Counted from the stretch's first letter, positions 1-13,139 are shown. The stretch is 64,000 nt of DNA from the human T2T-CHM13v2.0 reference genome, Homo sapiens (GCF_009914755.1 NC_060936.1); one strand, 5' to 3'. The notes: generated by a model not told the origin, from the sequence alone. Translations and numbers: made by a program.

Positions 1-1600
1 AAATAAACCAAAGACTTACAGTTTTCCCCAGATACCTCTAGTCTTGAATTCAAGTATTATTCCTTCTTGCACATTCTTCCATTTTGTTCTATGAGAATTT
101 TAAATATTGCTTCAAACCCCTGAAGGTTTCATGAACTTAATCACAGGCTGTATTTGAACAGACTTCACTGATAATTAATGAGTTGAATGTGTTTAACTAT
201 TACTCGTTGTCCAAATAAATGCAAAATAAAGTACCTTTATTTAAATGTACAAAATACTCATCTATATATTCATAAGCAATAAAGTTATATATTTGGATTT
301 GTTCCATTTCTTTGACTAAGACAAAAATAGAATGCTAGCCCCTTGATAACATTTTCTTATACTAAAGAAAGATATCACACTTTTGATTATCTATCAACTT
401 TAATATTTGCTGATATGGACAAGCACTAGTGTCTGCTAAATACAGAGAAGCCTTGACCTACTTTATTTGGTTTTGACATTTTGCATTTTAAAATGCAGGA
501 TCAAGAATGGTAGATTTTTATCATCTCTCCTTAGCCTTCTCTACAATAAGGAGAACACAAGGAAATTTTGGAAGGAGAAATAATACAGGGCTCATGAGGC
601 CAATTTGGCAGAAAGTATTATTTTAAATAAATTCTAAAATGAGACACATTGAGATTTGTGCAGGGAGAGACATGGAATTTTCTTCAAATCATGCAAAAAA
701 TCAGGTGTATTCACAATGAATGCTTGGCTTGGAAAGGTTATTTTGTAAGCCAGTGCCTCCCATTCACTGTGTCTCATAAATCTGCCAGACACTGAGGGAC
801 ATAAGATATTGGGAATCATCCTTTGGAGTTAATTGGAGAAACTGCTGTGCTTGTCTATAGGGAAAAACCTACTGTCATGTGTCAAATTTGGGGGTTACTG
901 ATAGAGTATTCAACAGACATGGTTAACTGAGGAAATCAAGCAAATCTAAACCACAGAAGAAAAAGACAATGGTATTACCTTCAGGAGACACAGTTAGGTG
1001 ACAAGATGGAAAAGGAAATAGTTTTGCAGCTATCAGCATCCTGAACAAGAGATTGCATGAAAAACTCAAGCAGATACTGTCACAGGGAGCTAGAGCAAGA
1101 AAGGAGGAGAGCTAATGAAAGCAATGAGGTGTGTGGGGCAACTATTGGGCATATGTGATTGCTAGCATACTTCTATAAATAGATATCTGGAAGGGAGAAT
1201 TAGATTAAGAAGGAAGTTGGAGTTCCTGCAATCATGGATAGCTGCAAAGTCAGAGAAATATGGTTTAATAACTGGTGTTACCTATTCCTACTACCCATCG
1301 TAGCATGAACTAATACAACATAACTCCAAACAGAATTTTGGAAGAAATCGTGGAATTCCAGACACAGCTTCCTTGTAATTTATTGTTACCGAGCACAGAC
1401 CTGTTATTCAATTATTAAGTTGTCTGAACATTTTCTGATTTGGGTCTGAATAACTATGGCATTCAAATAAAAATACTTTATGCTTACTTGTCTTAGTTTG
1501 AGTTTCCTCCAAAGTAGATCCTGATTGCCTTTCAAGCACATACCTCTTCATCCCCTACCGCTCATGATAAATATCGCAAATGGGTTGTTGGAAAGATATT

Positions 1601-1840
1601 ACAGCGTGATGTTATCGGCATGCTCTTAAGCCAAACTACTGGGTGTGTGGTCTGATGTTGCCATTTACCAGCCATGTGGCCTTTGAGTAGTTGCTTGTCT
1701 GTGTCTTGACATTCTTATAAAAAAAATGCTCACATTAATTCACCTCTTAGAGTTGTGGCAAGTATAAAGTAAATTAAAACAAATACCAGGTTTAGAATAG
1801 GACCTGGTACATGACAAGTGTCCAATAAATATTAGCTCTT
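1601..1840 (+). mobile_element. MIR SINE, degenerate
   Basis: MIR core-like text (ttaccagccatgtggcctttgagtagttgctt) and MIR 3' end (cctggtacatgacaagtgtccaataaatattagct). Confidence 0.7.
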
Positions 1841-2039
1841 TCTATGATGGATTTTTTTCCTGAAAGCTTCAAAACCCTTCTCAAAACAGTGTTCCAGGCA
1901 GCCACTGCCAAGTAATCAGAGTTGACACAAGAGATGAAACCAATTTGTCAAGTCTCCGTCCTCCTTAAAGTGAGAAGATGGATGGCAATACAAGCAGAGG
2001 AACCTGGGGTTCTGTACCTATCTGGCTTTGAAGGCTTGG

Positions 2040-2970
2040 AAATTATAGAATCTCAGAGGAGAAAGAAACCATAAAAGTCAGCCACTCCAACCTCTAACCC
2101 ACTCTGGAAAATCCTTCTGTAGTGTGCCCTAACAAACACACGTGCATCTAGGGCCCTGCTTGGTATTCAATGCTCATTACATCATTTAATTTTAGCTTTT
2201 AGACTTTGCCTTAGGCAGCTTGGGCTGCCATAACAAAATAACATAGACTTGGTGGCTAAAACAACAAAACTTATTTTCTCACAGCTCTGAAGGCTGGGAA
2301 GTCCAAGATGAAGACGCCAGCTGATTCAGTTCCTGGTGAGGGTCCGCTTACTGGCTTGTAAACACTCATCTCACTATGTCCTCACATGGACTTTTCCTGA
2401 GACATAGAGATCTCTTCCTTTTCTTATAAGGCCACCAATTCTATTTGATTATGATCCTACCCTTATGATCTCTTTTAACCTTAATTACCTTTAAAAAGCC
2501 CTACCTCCAAACACACTCACATTGAGAGGTAGAGCTTCAGCATATAAATTTGGTTGGGTGGGGGTGAGGAGATACAATTCAGTCCATAGCAGAAATTTTT
2601 AGTTTCTCTTAATTGAATTATGCCTCACTATTGTAGTTTTGTTACCAGGAGCAACAGTAATGAGACCTTCCAAGTGACAAAATTTGAAGAATTTAAAACA
2701 CTTAAAGTACCCTCCCTAGGTTTTACCTTCTGATGCATTGTCCCCATTTATTTAAATAATTTTTTACCTAGACTTCCCACCATCCAGTGAACATGATATC
2801 CTTTGTTAATTTATATATTTAAAAAGAGTGTCCACAATTGAAAATAGTTGCAAATGTGATCTGATCAATATAAAATGCCAGGGAATCCAGATCTTCCCTG
2901 TTCTATAACTATTCTGGCTTTGCTGCAAGTTGAGATTGCCTTTATTGTATTAGTCGTTGGGTGACAGTTT
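2040..2970 (-). mobile_element. L3/CR1 LINE relic, interrupted by the MLT1A at 2207-2591
   Basis: atagaatctcagagg...ccaacc start and gtgtccacaattgaaaatagttgcaaatgtgatctgatc...gcaagttgagattgc resemble the CR1/L3 3' consensus (reverse); highly diverged. Confidence 0.5.
2207..2591 (-). mobile_element. MaLR solo LTR, MLT1A-type
   Basis: gggctgccataacaaaata...ctcacagctctgaaggctgggaagtccaagat...acaattcagtccatagca, the reverse of the MLT1A consensus; TG...CA ends. Confidence 0.88.
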
Positions 2971-3374
2971 ATAGGAAGTAGCTTACTGCCTGCACATTAG
3001 GTACTCAGTAGGCCCTGGTTGAATGAAACTGCAGCCCACTCTGATGGAATTTTTGTTGTTGTTTTTACAGTAAGACATATTTTTCTGAATCATCTCCAGT
3101 CTAAAGAACTCACAGAAGACTGGAAGCTAGGCCATTTTAGAATTCTCTTGAAATTTTGCATTTACATGAAAATGGTAGTAAGGGTCTGGACCAGGATGAA
3201 GAACAATTGTAATGAACCAATATAGAGAATGCCTGCACTGAAGAAAAACTGAGAATATGTTTTTCATCTCTTTCTAGGACTGCATGGACATAGAGAAAGA
3301 GTGAACAAGGGGCATGCTTCTGTTAAGTGTCTTCAGTAATTACTTGAACATGTGACTTGCTGTTTAAGGAATAA

Positions 3375-3580
3375 ATGACATTTACTAAGGATTTAATATA
3401 TGTCAGCTACTGTGCCAGGCACTTTCACATTATCTCATTAATCCTCTCAACAGCCCTGTGAGGTAGAGGTTGTTAGATCCACTTTACAGGGAAGTTATGG
3501 GGCTTGCCTAATTTTGCATGCTAAAGGTAATTCTTGCTTTGGCTGCCAAATGCCATGAGCTTTCCATAACACCTACACTA
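3375..3580 (-). mobile_element. MIR SINE
   Basis: tactgtgccaggcactttcacattatctcattaatcctctcaacagccctgtgaggtag. Confidence 0.75.
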
Positions 3581-3667
3581 GTAATACTGGAGCATACCAG
3601 GGGATACTGGAAGGCACAGACAGAAAATGGCACACCACCCTGGGGTATTAATATTCCTGATGGCAGG

Positions 3668-4055
3668 TGTATTGGTTTACTAAGACAGCCATAACAAATA
3701 ACACAGATCAGGTGGCTTAAACAACAGAAATGTACTTCCTCACAGTCCTGGAGTCTAGAAGTTCAAGACCAGGGTGGTGGAAGTGTTTTTTCTGCCTTCC
3801 CCCTCATTTGGTTTGTAAATGGCCATCGTCTTCCGGTGTCTTCACATGGGCTTCCCTGTTTGTGTGTGTCTGTGTCCTAACCTCTTCTTCTTAGAAGGTC
3901 TCTAGTCTTATTTGATTAGGACTCACCCCCAATGGCTTTATTTAACCTTAATTATCTCTTTAAAAGCCTTTCTCCAAGTATAATCACATTCTGAGGTACT
4001 AGAGATTAGGACTTCTACATATGAATTTCAGGGGCACACAATCCAGCCCATAACA
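3668..4055 (-). mobile_element. MaLR solo LTR, MLT1B-type, full length
   Basis: tgtattggtt...ggtggcttaaacaacagaaat...cacaatccagcccataaca; perfect 5-bp TSD GCAGG (3663-3667 / 4056-4060). Confidence 0.92.
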
Positions 4056-4104
4056 GCAGGTAATTCAAAACACTCTAGAAAGGAAGTAAAATATAATACA
4101 TAAT

Positions 4105-4335
4105 AATCTGGACTTTGGACTTTGATTGCTTTGGCTGAATCCTGATTCTTTCATTAACTAGGTGAGTAACCTTGATCAACTCATTGAACCTATCTTCCCC
4201 TCAGTCTCCCAGTCTTTTAAATGGAGATACTCTCTTGTAGAATTTTTGTGTGTGTGAGAAAATAAAACAAGTTAATACATATTAGACACTTAGAAGAATC
4301 CCTGGAATGTAATAAGCACAGTATATGTAGTAACT
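4105..4335 (+). mobile_element. MIR SINE
   Basis: aatcctgattctttcattaactaggtgagtaaccttgatcaactcattgaacc...ctcagtctccccagtcttttaaatggagat. Confidence 0.75.
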
Positions 4336-4365
4336 TTTATAGGATAGATGAAGTAAAATGAAACA

Positions 4366-4841
4366 TTAATTTTTATTGTGTATATTTAAGATGCACATGT
4401 TTTGTTATACATAGGCATAGTGAAATGATTACTACGGTCAAGCTACTGAACATATTCATCATCTCACACAGCTACCTTTGCATGTGTGCATGTGGTAAAA
4501 GCACCTGGTATCTATTCTCAGTGAATTTGCAGTATACAATAAAATATTTTTAATTAGAGTCCTATGCCATGCATTAGGTTGCTAGACTTATTCATTCCAA
4601 GTAACTGCAACTTTATAAACTTTGAACTACATCTCTCCATTACCCCCTTCCTTAACACCTCTGCCGCTGGTAGCCACCATTCTACTCTCTGTATAAGGGA
4701 AATCATACAGTATTTTTACTTCTGTGTCTGGCTTACTTCACTTTCACATAATATCCTTAGGGTTCATCCATGTTGTTGGATAAGGCAAGATCCCCTTCCT
4801 TTTGAAGGCTGAATAATATTCCTATATATATATATATATTG

Positions 4842-4875
<34 letters not shown>

Positions 4876-5032
4876 CACAATTTCTTTATCCATTTATCTG
4901 TCAGTGAACATTTTGGTTGATTCCATGTCTTGGCTACTCTGAATAATGCTGCAATGAACATGGGAGCACAGCTATCTCTATGAGCTGCTGATCTCATACC
5001 CTTTGGATATATACTCAGAAGAGGGATTGCTG
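4366..5032 (-). mobile_element. L1 (L1MA-type) 3' end: 3'UTR plus ORF2 C-terminal region
   Basis: L1MA 3'UTR text; ORF 4764-4997 translates to MFIAALFRVAKTWNQPKC (ORF2p C-terminus). Confidence 0.9.
4823..4873. repeat. (TA)n-(TG)n compound microsatellite inside L1
   Basis: direct reading. Confidence 0.95.
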
Positions 5033-6185
5033 AGAACAGAATACAGACCCAGAAATAAATCCAAGCACATACAGTAAATTAATTTTTAACATGGGAACCA
5101 AGAAGACACATGGGGAAAGGGTGGCTTCTTCAATAATGGTGCTGGGAAAACTGGATATCTACATGTAAAAGAATGAAATTGGACTCTTATATTAGAACAT
5201 ACACAAAGATCATCTAGAAATGAGTTAAAGACCTAAATGTAAGACCTGAAACTATAAAACTCCTAGAAGAAAACACAGAGAAAACATTGGCCTTGGCAAT
5301 TATTTTTGGATATCCCACCAAAAACTCAGTTGAGAAAAAAAATAAACAAGTGGCACTACCACAAAATAAAAAGGTTCTACACAGAAAAGAAAACAATCAA
5401 CAAAATAAAAAGGCAGCCTACATATTGGGAAAAACATATTTGTAAGCCATGAATCTGATAAGGGGTTAATATCCAAAATATGTTAGGCGCTTACACAACT
5501 CGATAGCAAAAAATACAGTAAATTAAAATAATCTGATTTTAAAATGGGCAATCAATCTGAATAGACATTTCTCCAAAAAAGACAAAAATAGCCAACAGAT
5601 ACAGGCAAAGGTGCTCAACTTCAGTAATTATCAGGGAAATACAAATTAAAAGCACAATGAGATATCACTTCACACCAACTAGCATGGTTATTATAAAAAA
5701 TACAAGAAGGGTCAGGCACGGTGGCTCAAGCCTGTAATCCCAGCAATTTGGGAGGCCAAAACGGGCGGATCACCTGAGGTCAGGAGTCTGAGACCAGCCT
5801 GGCCAACATGGCGAAACCCCATCTCTACTAAAAATACAAAAAAATTAGCCGGGGTGGTGGTGCATGCCTGTAAGTCCAGCTACTCAGGAGGCTGAGGCAG
5901 GAGTATTGCTTGAACCCAGAAGGCGGAGGGTTACAGTGAGCTGAGATCGTGCCACTGCACTCCAGATCAGGCGACAGAGTAGACTCTGTCTCAAAAATAA
6001 ATAAATAAACAAACAAACAAATAACAAGTGTTGGCAAAGATGTGGAGTAAAGGAAACCTTTGTACACTGTTGGTGGGAAGATAATCGGGTACAGCCATTA
6101 GGAAAAACAATATGGAGGTTCCTCAAAAGATTAAAAGTAGGATTGCCATATGACCAAGAAATCCTTCTTCTGGGCATATATATAT
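5033..6185 (+). mobile_element. L1 ORF2 segment, the inverted 5' part of the L1 at 4366-5032, interrupted by an Alu
   Basis: acccagaaataaatcc...tggtgctgggaaaactggatatc...aagacctgaaactataaaactcctagaagaaaac...aatagacatttctccaaa; resumes after the Alu at about 6021. Confidence 0.9.
5710..6020 (+). mobile_element. AluS (Sx-like), full length
   Basis: ggtcaggcacggtggctc...cacctgaggtcaggag...(AAAT/AAAC)n tail. Confidence 0.97.
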
Positions 6186-6287
6186 ACATATACATAAATT
6201 CTTTAATTTTTAAGTTAAAACATATCAAATAATTTTCTTCACTTCAGAAAGCTGCCTCAATCACAAATATCCATTCATTTTCCTGTT

Positions 6288-6665
<378 letters not shown>

Positions 6666-6685
6666 TAGCATGCATTTGCTCTTCA

Positions 6686-7322
6686 TGCCAGGCTGACTTC
6701 TAAGGTGGCTTCCAATGATTCCGCTTGATAGTATTCATGCCCCAAGAAATCCACTTCCTGTGAATGTAGGCTGATCTTAGTGACTCATTTCTAATGAATA
6801 ACATATAACAAAAGTGGTGGAATAGCACTTCAAAAATTTGGTTATAAAAGTTAGTGACTTCCATCTTGCTCTCGCTCTCTCTTTCTCTCTAGTTCTCTCT
6901 CGCTCTCACTCTCATTTTCTCTCTCTGGCTCTTTTTTCCTGCTTGCTCTGATGAAGCAATTCATCATGTTTTGAGCTGCCCTATGAATAGGTCTATGTTT
7001 TAAGGAACTTGGGGCTGTTTCTGGCCAACAGCCCTCAAAGAACTGAAACCTCTCAATTCAACTGCCCGCAAGAAGCTGTATCTTGCCAACAACTACATGA
7101 TTGAGCTTGAAAGTAGATTCTTCCCTAAGCAGATTTCCTTTCATGTCTTAGGGTGAGTGCAGCCCCAGTTGGCACCTTTATAGAAGACTGTGGGAGACAC
7201 TGCAGCAGAAGATCCAACTGAGCTGTGCTCAGATTCTTGACCCACAGAGACCATGAGAAAATAAATGTTTAAGCCACTAAGTTTTGGAGTAATTTGTTAT
7301 GCAGCAATAGATAACTAATACA
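6686..7322 (+). mobile_element. MaLR solo LTR, MLT1F-type
   Basis: ctaaggtggcttccaatgatt start; ends taagccactaagttttggagtaatttgttatgcagcaatagataactaataca. Confidence 0.85.
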
Positions 7323-8247
7323 GCCTTCTGAAAGTGGAGAATATTGTGGGAATAGATTGGGACCATCATGATTCAAGTGGAAAATGAAATTTGTGTGAGC
7401 ACAGCAGAAGGACCCAAAGAATAGAGGGCAAGAAAGAAGCTTGGAAGATCCCAACTATTTTCCAAGAATCACCCACTCAAGCAGTTTTTCCTCATCAGCA
7501 TGTCTGGAAATAACCCTTAATTAGCTAGCTTGCAATACTGTTACTTTGCACTAGTTGCATTTCAAAGTATTTAAATTGTTCAACCTGCTCCAATACATTT
7601 ACTCCTACTGCTTTCGCCATTAATGAGGCATTCAGCTTTTAGAATCTGGGAGATGACCTAAAGATCAAAGTTAATTTAATTTAAAATCAATGTACTAGAA
7701 AAGAAAGACCCTGCCTCCAGTATTGACATTAGGCTGTGAGCTTTTGTAAATGCAGAAGCAAAGGCACATAACAGCATATGCCATGCTATTATTTCCAACC
7801 AGGTGAGACTATATTCATGCAGTCACAAAGGTCTACTGAAAAAGATTCTGATAATTGGTCTCCACCTGATTTAATACCACTTATTGGACAGATTTTGTTT
7901 GAGCAAGTGAATTGAAAACCACTTCCTGGATTCATTATTGAGTTTTAAATCCCACTGAGTAGCTAAGACCAATATCAATGAATCCTACATTCCTGATATT
8001 TTAGAGAAAGTCATTCATAACTGAGATAATCAAAGTGCTTAGATTTATGAACAAAGTTTCTTATAAAAGACTTATGTTTTTAACTGAGTTCTATTGGCAA
8101 ATTTACTTACTCCTGCTGCAAGAAATAAGAAGACTTTGTAATGCGATGTCTGGAGGCATCTATTTCACTTATTATATTTTTAATCCTCAAAGTCTGTTTT
8201 CTGATTTGCAATGGTCTGCAATTACATGGTTTCACAGTTAATTATTT

Positions 8248-8350
8248 TCTATTCATTCACTCATGTGTTTATTTATTCAACAAATGCTTGATATCTCCTC
8301 TGCGCCAAGTACCATGCTAAGTCGTGGAGGTTCAAAGAAGTATAAAATAG
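8248..8350 (-). mobile_element. L2 3' end fragment
   Basis: attcattcac...ttcaacaaatgcttga...gtaccatgctaag. Confidence 0.6.
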
Positions 8351-9014
8351 TACTTCAGTCAAAATAAACTGGTTTTGCTAGTGTAACTAACAATATTAAA
8401 GTTACCTGAACGGCTTATCTCAACCAAGGTTTATTTCTTGCTCACACAGTCTGGGAGGTCCATATGATAGCTCCATGGTAGCTTGGGCTTCCAAATTTGC
8501 TCAGACAGGAAGAACAGACTGGGAAGCATGATGCCAGCAATTAAATATCTCCATCAGAGAGAGACACAAGATCTTTGGTTTGCTTCGCCATATCTGCCTC
8601 TAAGTAGAAGTGCATTCCCCCCAACAGTTTCTTTACGGAAAGAAGCAGAAACAGAACACACTATTGTCTATCATACACAGACTACACCTTCTGCCCCTTC
8701 TTATTTTATTAGCCTATGCAGTCTTGTCTTGGGCATTTACATGATTTCTACAAGGCCCTTAAAATGTTAAACATATCTTGGTGACTCCCATTATTGTTTT
8801 CATGGACAGTTAAGACAACAGGGATTCATGTTAGAAATGATCCCCCTGCCTTCCCTAAAGATCCCATGGCCCTTATATCCCTCTGTTCTCCTCTGTCTCT
8901 GATAGGAAGGCCTGGTCACCCCTAGAAAGTGAAAAAACCAAGGAGGACATGGCTAAGACAAGTTAGACTCTGAGAATTACTGTGAAGTTTTTCATCATTT
9001 ATGTCATCATTAGG

Positions 9015-9610
9015 CCATTTAACCAATATGCATTGAGCATCCCTACTATGTGATGTGTGCTAGAAATGAAATGTTGATCAAAATAGGCATGGCTCAAACT
9101 GTATAATGAGGCAGATTGTCAAGTAAACGGGCAATCGCAGTTCAGTGTGGTAAAAGCTATGCTAGAGAGGTGCAGGGAGCTCTGGGAGCACATGGCTGGG
9201 GAGACCCCGTGGATAAGGGAAGGTCCCTGGAGAAAATGATGTCTAGGCAAAGGCCTCATGCCTGTGTAGGAATAAGCTAGGTAAAACTAACTGGGGAAGG
9301 AGTGATCATTCTAGAAGAACAACAACAACCTGGAGGAAGGAAAGACAGAGGAAAAGGGACACCAAGAAAGAGAAGAGAGAGCAGGTGAAGCTGTTGGCAT
9401 AATCAGGGAGCTGCAAGAAGCCAAAGCATAGATTCCAGGTGGGGGGATTTTAAGACATGGGATTAGAGAGATGAGGAGAAGCCAGGTTTCAAAGGAACTT
9501 GTAAGCCATGAACACAACTTTGGACTTGTTCCTAAGAGCAGAGGGAAGTCGCTGAAAGGTTTCAAACAGGAAAGAGAGTGATATAGTAGATACTTCAGAT
9601 TTGAAGTAAC
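9015..9610 (-). mobile_element. L2 LINE fragment
   Basis: ttgagcatccctactatgtg...ggacttgttcctaagagcagagggaagtcgctgaaaggtttcaaacagg. Confidence 0.75.
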
Positions 9611-9844
9611 AACTGCCGTTTACAAAAGCCTGGCAGTTATTATGCTGGTAAAGTAAACAACCCAATGCCTGTTTATAGCAGTCCTGGTGTTTGGCTGATT
9701 TCCCTAGTAGGATGATTTATGAGAAAGTAGATGGAGGATTTGTGTGTTTGGTATTAGGAACACCAGGAGAGCCCTTAACACAAAACTATATTTTCTATTC
9801 CCTTCCATAAACACTGAAACCCCATTCTTTATTCCTTTAATTTT

Positions 9845-10128
9845 TTTTTCATTCATCTGGTCAAATATGAATTGAGCACCTGCTATGTACATGGAATAAA
9901 GCTAGTGCACTAAAGAAAATGAGATAAGGACAGGGTTCTTGCTTCCAAAAGGCTAAAAGATCTCGTAGCAGGGATAAGATGAGTTTAAGAGGGTGGTGTG
10001 TGGGAGGAGAGCAGAGCAATCGGAACCCAGAGGGAGAAACAAAGTTTTCAGGCTGGGGACACCTGGGAAGGCTTTGTGGAGAAAATACCACTATGGCTGG
10101 GCCTTGAAAGATGAATAAGATTTTCTCA
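9845..10128 (-). mobile_element. L2 LINE fragment
   Basis: ttcattcat...attgagcacctgctatgt...gggccttgaagatgaataag. Confidence 0.7.
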
Positions 10129-10342
10129 GTGCTGAGCCGTGTTTTTATCAGAAGTCGTTCAGCTATCCACGAGAGAAACTTAAACTCAAATGAGCTTAAA
10201 CAAAAAGAGGGCAGTTATTGTTTCACACACAGAGGCACAACTGACTTCAAGCCTAGCTGGATCCATGGCCCCAGTGTTATGATCCAAGCTCGCTCTTTCT
10301 CTCTCCATTCCTAGGACAGATCCTCCCTGGTGGACAAAATGT

Positions 10343-10954
10343 TGTGAAAGGAAAATAAATCCTGGGACCCCCAAATCACTAAGCCAAAGGGAAAAGTCAG
10401 GCTGGGAACTGCAGGGCAAGCCTGCCTCCCATTCTATTCCTAATTAAGATAGAACAAAGATAAAAAAGCTACCTACCTACCTCCCTCACAATTTGCTCAC
10501 AAGGAAATCCCCTGTGGACAAAGGACAGACAGAACTCAAAGTCATTCCTTTGCTCATGTGAGACAAATGCATATCTGACTGCTTCCTTTGCCCTACTGTT
10601 TCACTAAGCCAGACTAAGGTGTAAGTGACTATTCCCCTAGATTGTATATTCAGCGAAAGGCTAATCAGAAACTCACAAGAATGCAACTGTTTGTCTCTTA
10701 TCCACCTATGACCTGGAACACCTCCTCCCCAGATCAAGTTGTCCCACCTTTCCAGACTGAACCAATGGACATTTTACATATATTGATTGATGTCTCATAT
10801 CTCCCTAAAATGTATAAAACCAAGCTGTGCCCCTACCACCTTGGGCACATGTCATCAGGACTTCCTGAGGTGATGTCACAGGAGTGTCCTTAACCTTGAC
10901 AAAATAAACTTTCTAAATTTATTGAGACCTGTGTCAGATACTTTTTGGTTCACA
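10343..10954 (+). mobile_element. ERV1 solo LTR, MER4A-type
   Basis: tgtgaaaggaaaataaatcctgggaccccc...aataaactttctaaatt...ttttggttcaca; 4-bp TSD atgt/atgg. Confidence 0.9.
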
Positions 10955-10974
10955 ATGGCTCTCAACAAACCCAG

Positions 10975-11465
10975 TGCATTAGTTTCTTAGGGCCGCTATA
11001 ACAAATCACCATGAGCAGAGCATAGTAGCTTCAAACAACAGAAATGTATTTTCTCACAATTCAGGAGGCCAGAACTCAGACACTGAAAACCAAAGCGTTG
11101 GCTGGTTGATTCCTTCTGGGGGTTCCGAGAAGGAATCCATGGCATGCCTCTCTCCTAGCTTTTAGTGTTTGAAAGAAGTTCTTGGCATTTATTTGTTTTT
11201 GAGTGCATCCCTCCAATCCCTCCCTCCACCTTCACATTGCCTTTTTTTGTGTTTCTTTTCTGTGTCTCTCAGAAGATCTAAAATCTCCCTCTCTTTTACG
11301 TTTGAGGATACCAGTCACTGGATTTAGGGCCCACCATAAATCTAGGATGATCTTTCTTGAGATCCTCAACTCATACAACCTCTGTGAAGACTATTCCAAA
11401 CAAGGTCAAATTCTGAGCTTCCAAATGTACTTCAATTTTCAGAGGATACTCTTTAACCCACTACA
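10975..11465 (-). mobile_element. MaLR solo LTR, MLT1C-type
   Basis: tgcattagtttcttagggccgctataacaaat...aaacaacagaaatgtattttctcac...taacccactaca. Confidence 0.85.
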
Positions 11466-11493
11466 CTCAACAAAACCATTCCACTGTCTATAG

Positions 11494-12016
11494 CAGTGGT
11501 ACCCAATCTTTTTGGCACCAGGTATTGGTTTCATGGAAGATAATTTTTCCATAGACTGGGGATGGGGGAGGATGTTTTGGAATGATTCAAGCACATTACA
11601 TTTATTGTGCACTTTATTTCTATTATTATTGCATTGTAATATATAATAAAATAATTAGACAGCTCATCATAATGTAGAATCAGTGGGAGCCCTGAGCTTG
11701 TTTTCCTGCAAGTAGATGGTCCCATCTGGGGGTGATGGGGTCAGTGACAGATCATCAGGCATTAGGTTCTTGTAAGGAATGCATAATCTGGATTTCTCGC
11801 ATGCGCAGTTCACAAGAGGGCTCACGCTCCTAAGAGAATCTAATGCCACCACTGATCTGACAGGAGGTGGAGCTCAGGTGGTAATGCAAGAAATGGGGAG
11901 TGTAAATACAAATGAAGCTTTGCTCACTGGTCTGCCACTCACTTCCTGCTGTGCGTCTGGTTCCCAACAGGCCATGGACTGGTATCGGTCTGTGGCCCAG
12001 GTGCTGGGGACCCCTG
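11494..12016 (-). mobile_element. MER1A (hAT-Charlie non-autonomous DNA transposon), full length
   Basis: terminal inverted repeats cagtggtacccaa / ctggggacccctg; perfect 8-bp TSD GTCTATAG (11486-11493 / 12017-12024); 523 bp. Confidence 0.95.
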
Positions 12017-12591
12017 GTCTATAGCACAAAAATCCCACTACCGTCAGCCCCTCATGGACCAAGTGTCAAAGCTGTGGTGGAGGTTGGGCTGTGGAGTTCA
12101 GCCTCATCAAAACTACATTGATTGGATTCTTAAGAAAAAAATGCTTCTGATATCAGAACATAAGGCGTGCTGCAGAAATGTCAATGATAGGATCTTGGAA
12201 CAATCACTGGAAAAGCCTTCTGGAGGATGTATGTATGGCAAGACATTTGGAATCATGATGCCTCCCAACCAAATAGATTCTAGAGGGAAGTTATACTACT
12301 GGCTTCCATTCTTTTTATAGATGAGGAGCCAGAAGCACATGGAGAAAGTGATTGAGGGCCCCTGTATCCGACCATCAGTGAAAGGCATTCTGATGGAGGA
12401 CAGGTGCCACCTGACCTGCATATGTGGAGCAGGAGGCACCAAGAGAGCTGGAAAAACCAGAAAGGGAGAGGAGCAATGCCAGGGACATGAACGGATCTTC
12501 AAAACACTTTTTGCATTTATTGCTACAGTTATCTTTGCCTTAGTTTACTTAAGCATTTTACCTATACAGCTAAAAGTTAGACAGTTGGTTT

Positions 12592-13139
12592 AGTGATGGT
12601 TAATACTGAGTATCAACTTGATCGGATTGAAGGATGCAAAGTATTTTTCCTGGGTGTGTCTGTGGGGGTGTTGCCAAAGGAGATTAATATTCGAGTCAGT
12701 GGACTGGGAGAAGCAGACCCACCCTCAATCTGCGGGGGCACAATCCAATCAGCTCTCAATGCAGCCAGAATAAACTAGGCAGAAGAACATGGAAGGACTT
12801 GACTTGCTGAGTCTTCCTGGCTTCATCTTTCTGCTGTGCTGGATGCTTCCTGCCCTCGAACCTCAGACTCCAAGTTCTTCAGCTTTTAGACACTTAGACT
12901 TCCAACAGTGGTTTGCCAGGGGCTCTCAGGCCTTTGGCCACAGACTGAAGGCTGCTCTGTTTGTTTCTCTAGTTTTGAAGTTTTGTGACTGGGACTGGCT
13001 TTCCTGTTCTTCAGCTTGCAGAAGGCCTGTTGTGAGACTTCGCCTTGTGATCGTGTGAGTCAATACTCCTTATAAACTCCCTTTCATCTATAAATCTATC
13101 CTATTAATTCTGTCTCTTTAGAGAACCCTGACTAATACA
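12592..13139 (+). mobile_element. ERVL solo LTR, MLT2A (length fits MLT2A2), full length
   Basis: gtgatggttaatactgagtatcaacttg...agagaaccctgactaataca; perfect 5-bp TSD GGTTT. Confidence 0.93.

Larger units (their letters stand above)
10140..12180 (-). mobile_element. Old MLT1 (J/K-type) LTR in pieces, host to MER4A, MLT1C and MER1A
   Basis: aaactcaaatgagcttaaacaaaaagag...gacttcaagcctagctggatcc (10140-10342), resumes atggctctcaacaaacccag (10955-10974); MLT1J/K-like end at about 12090-12180. Confidence 0.55.
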
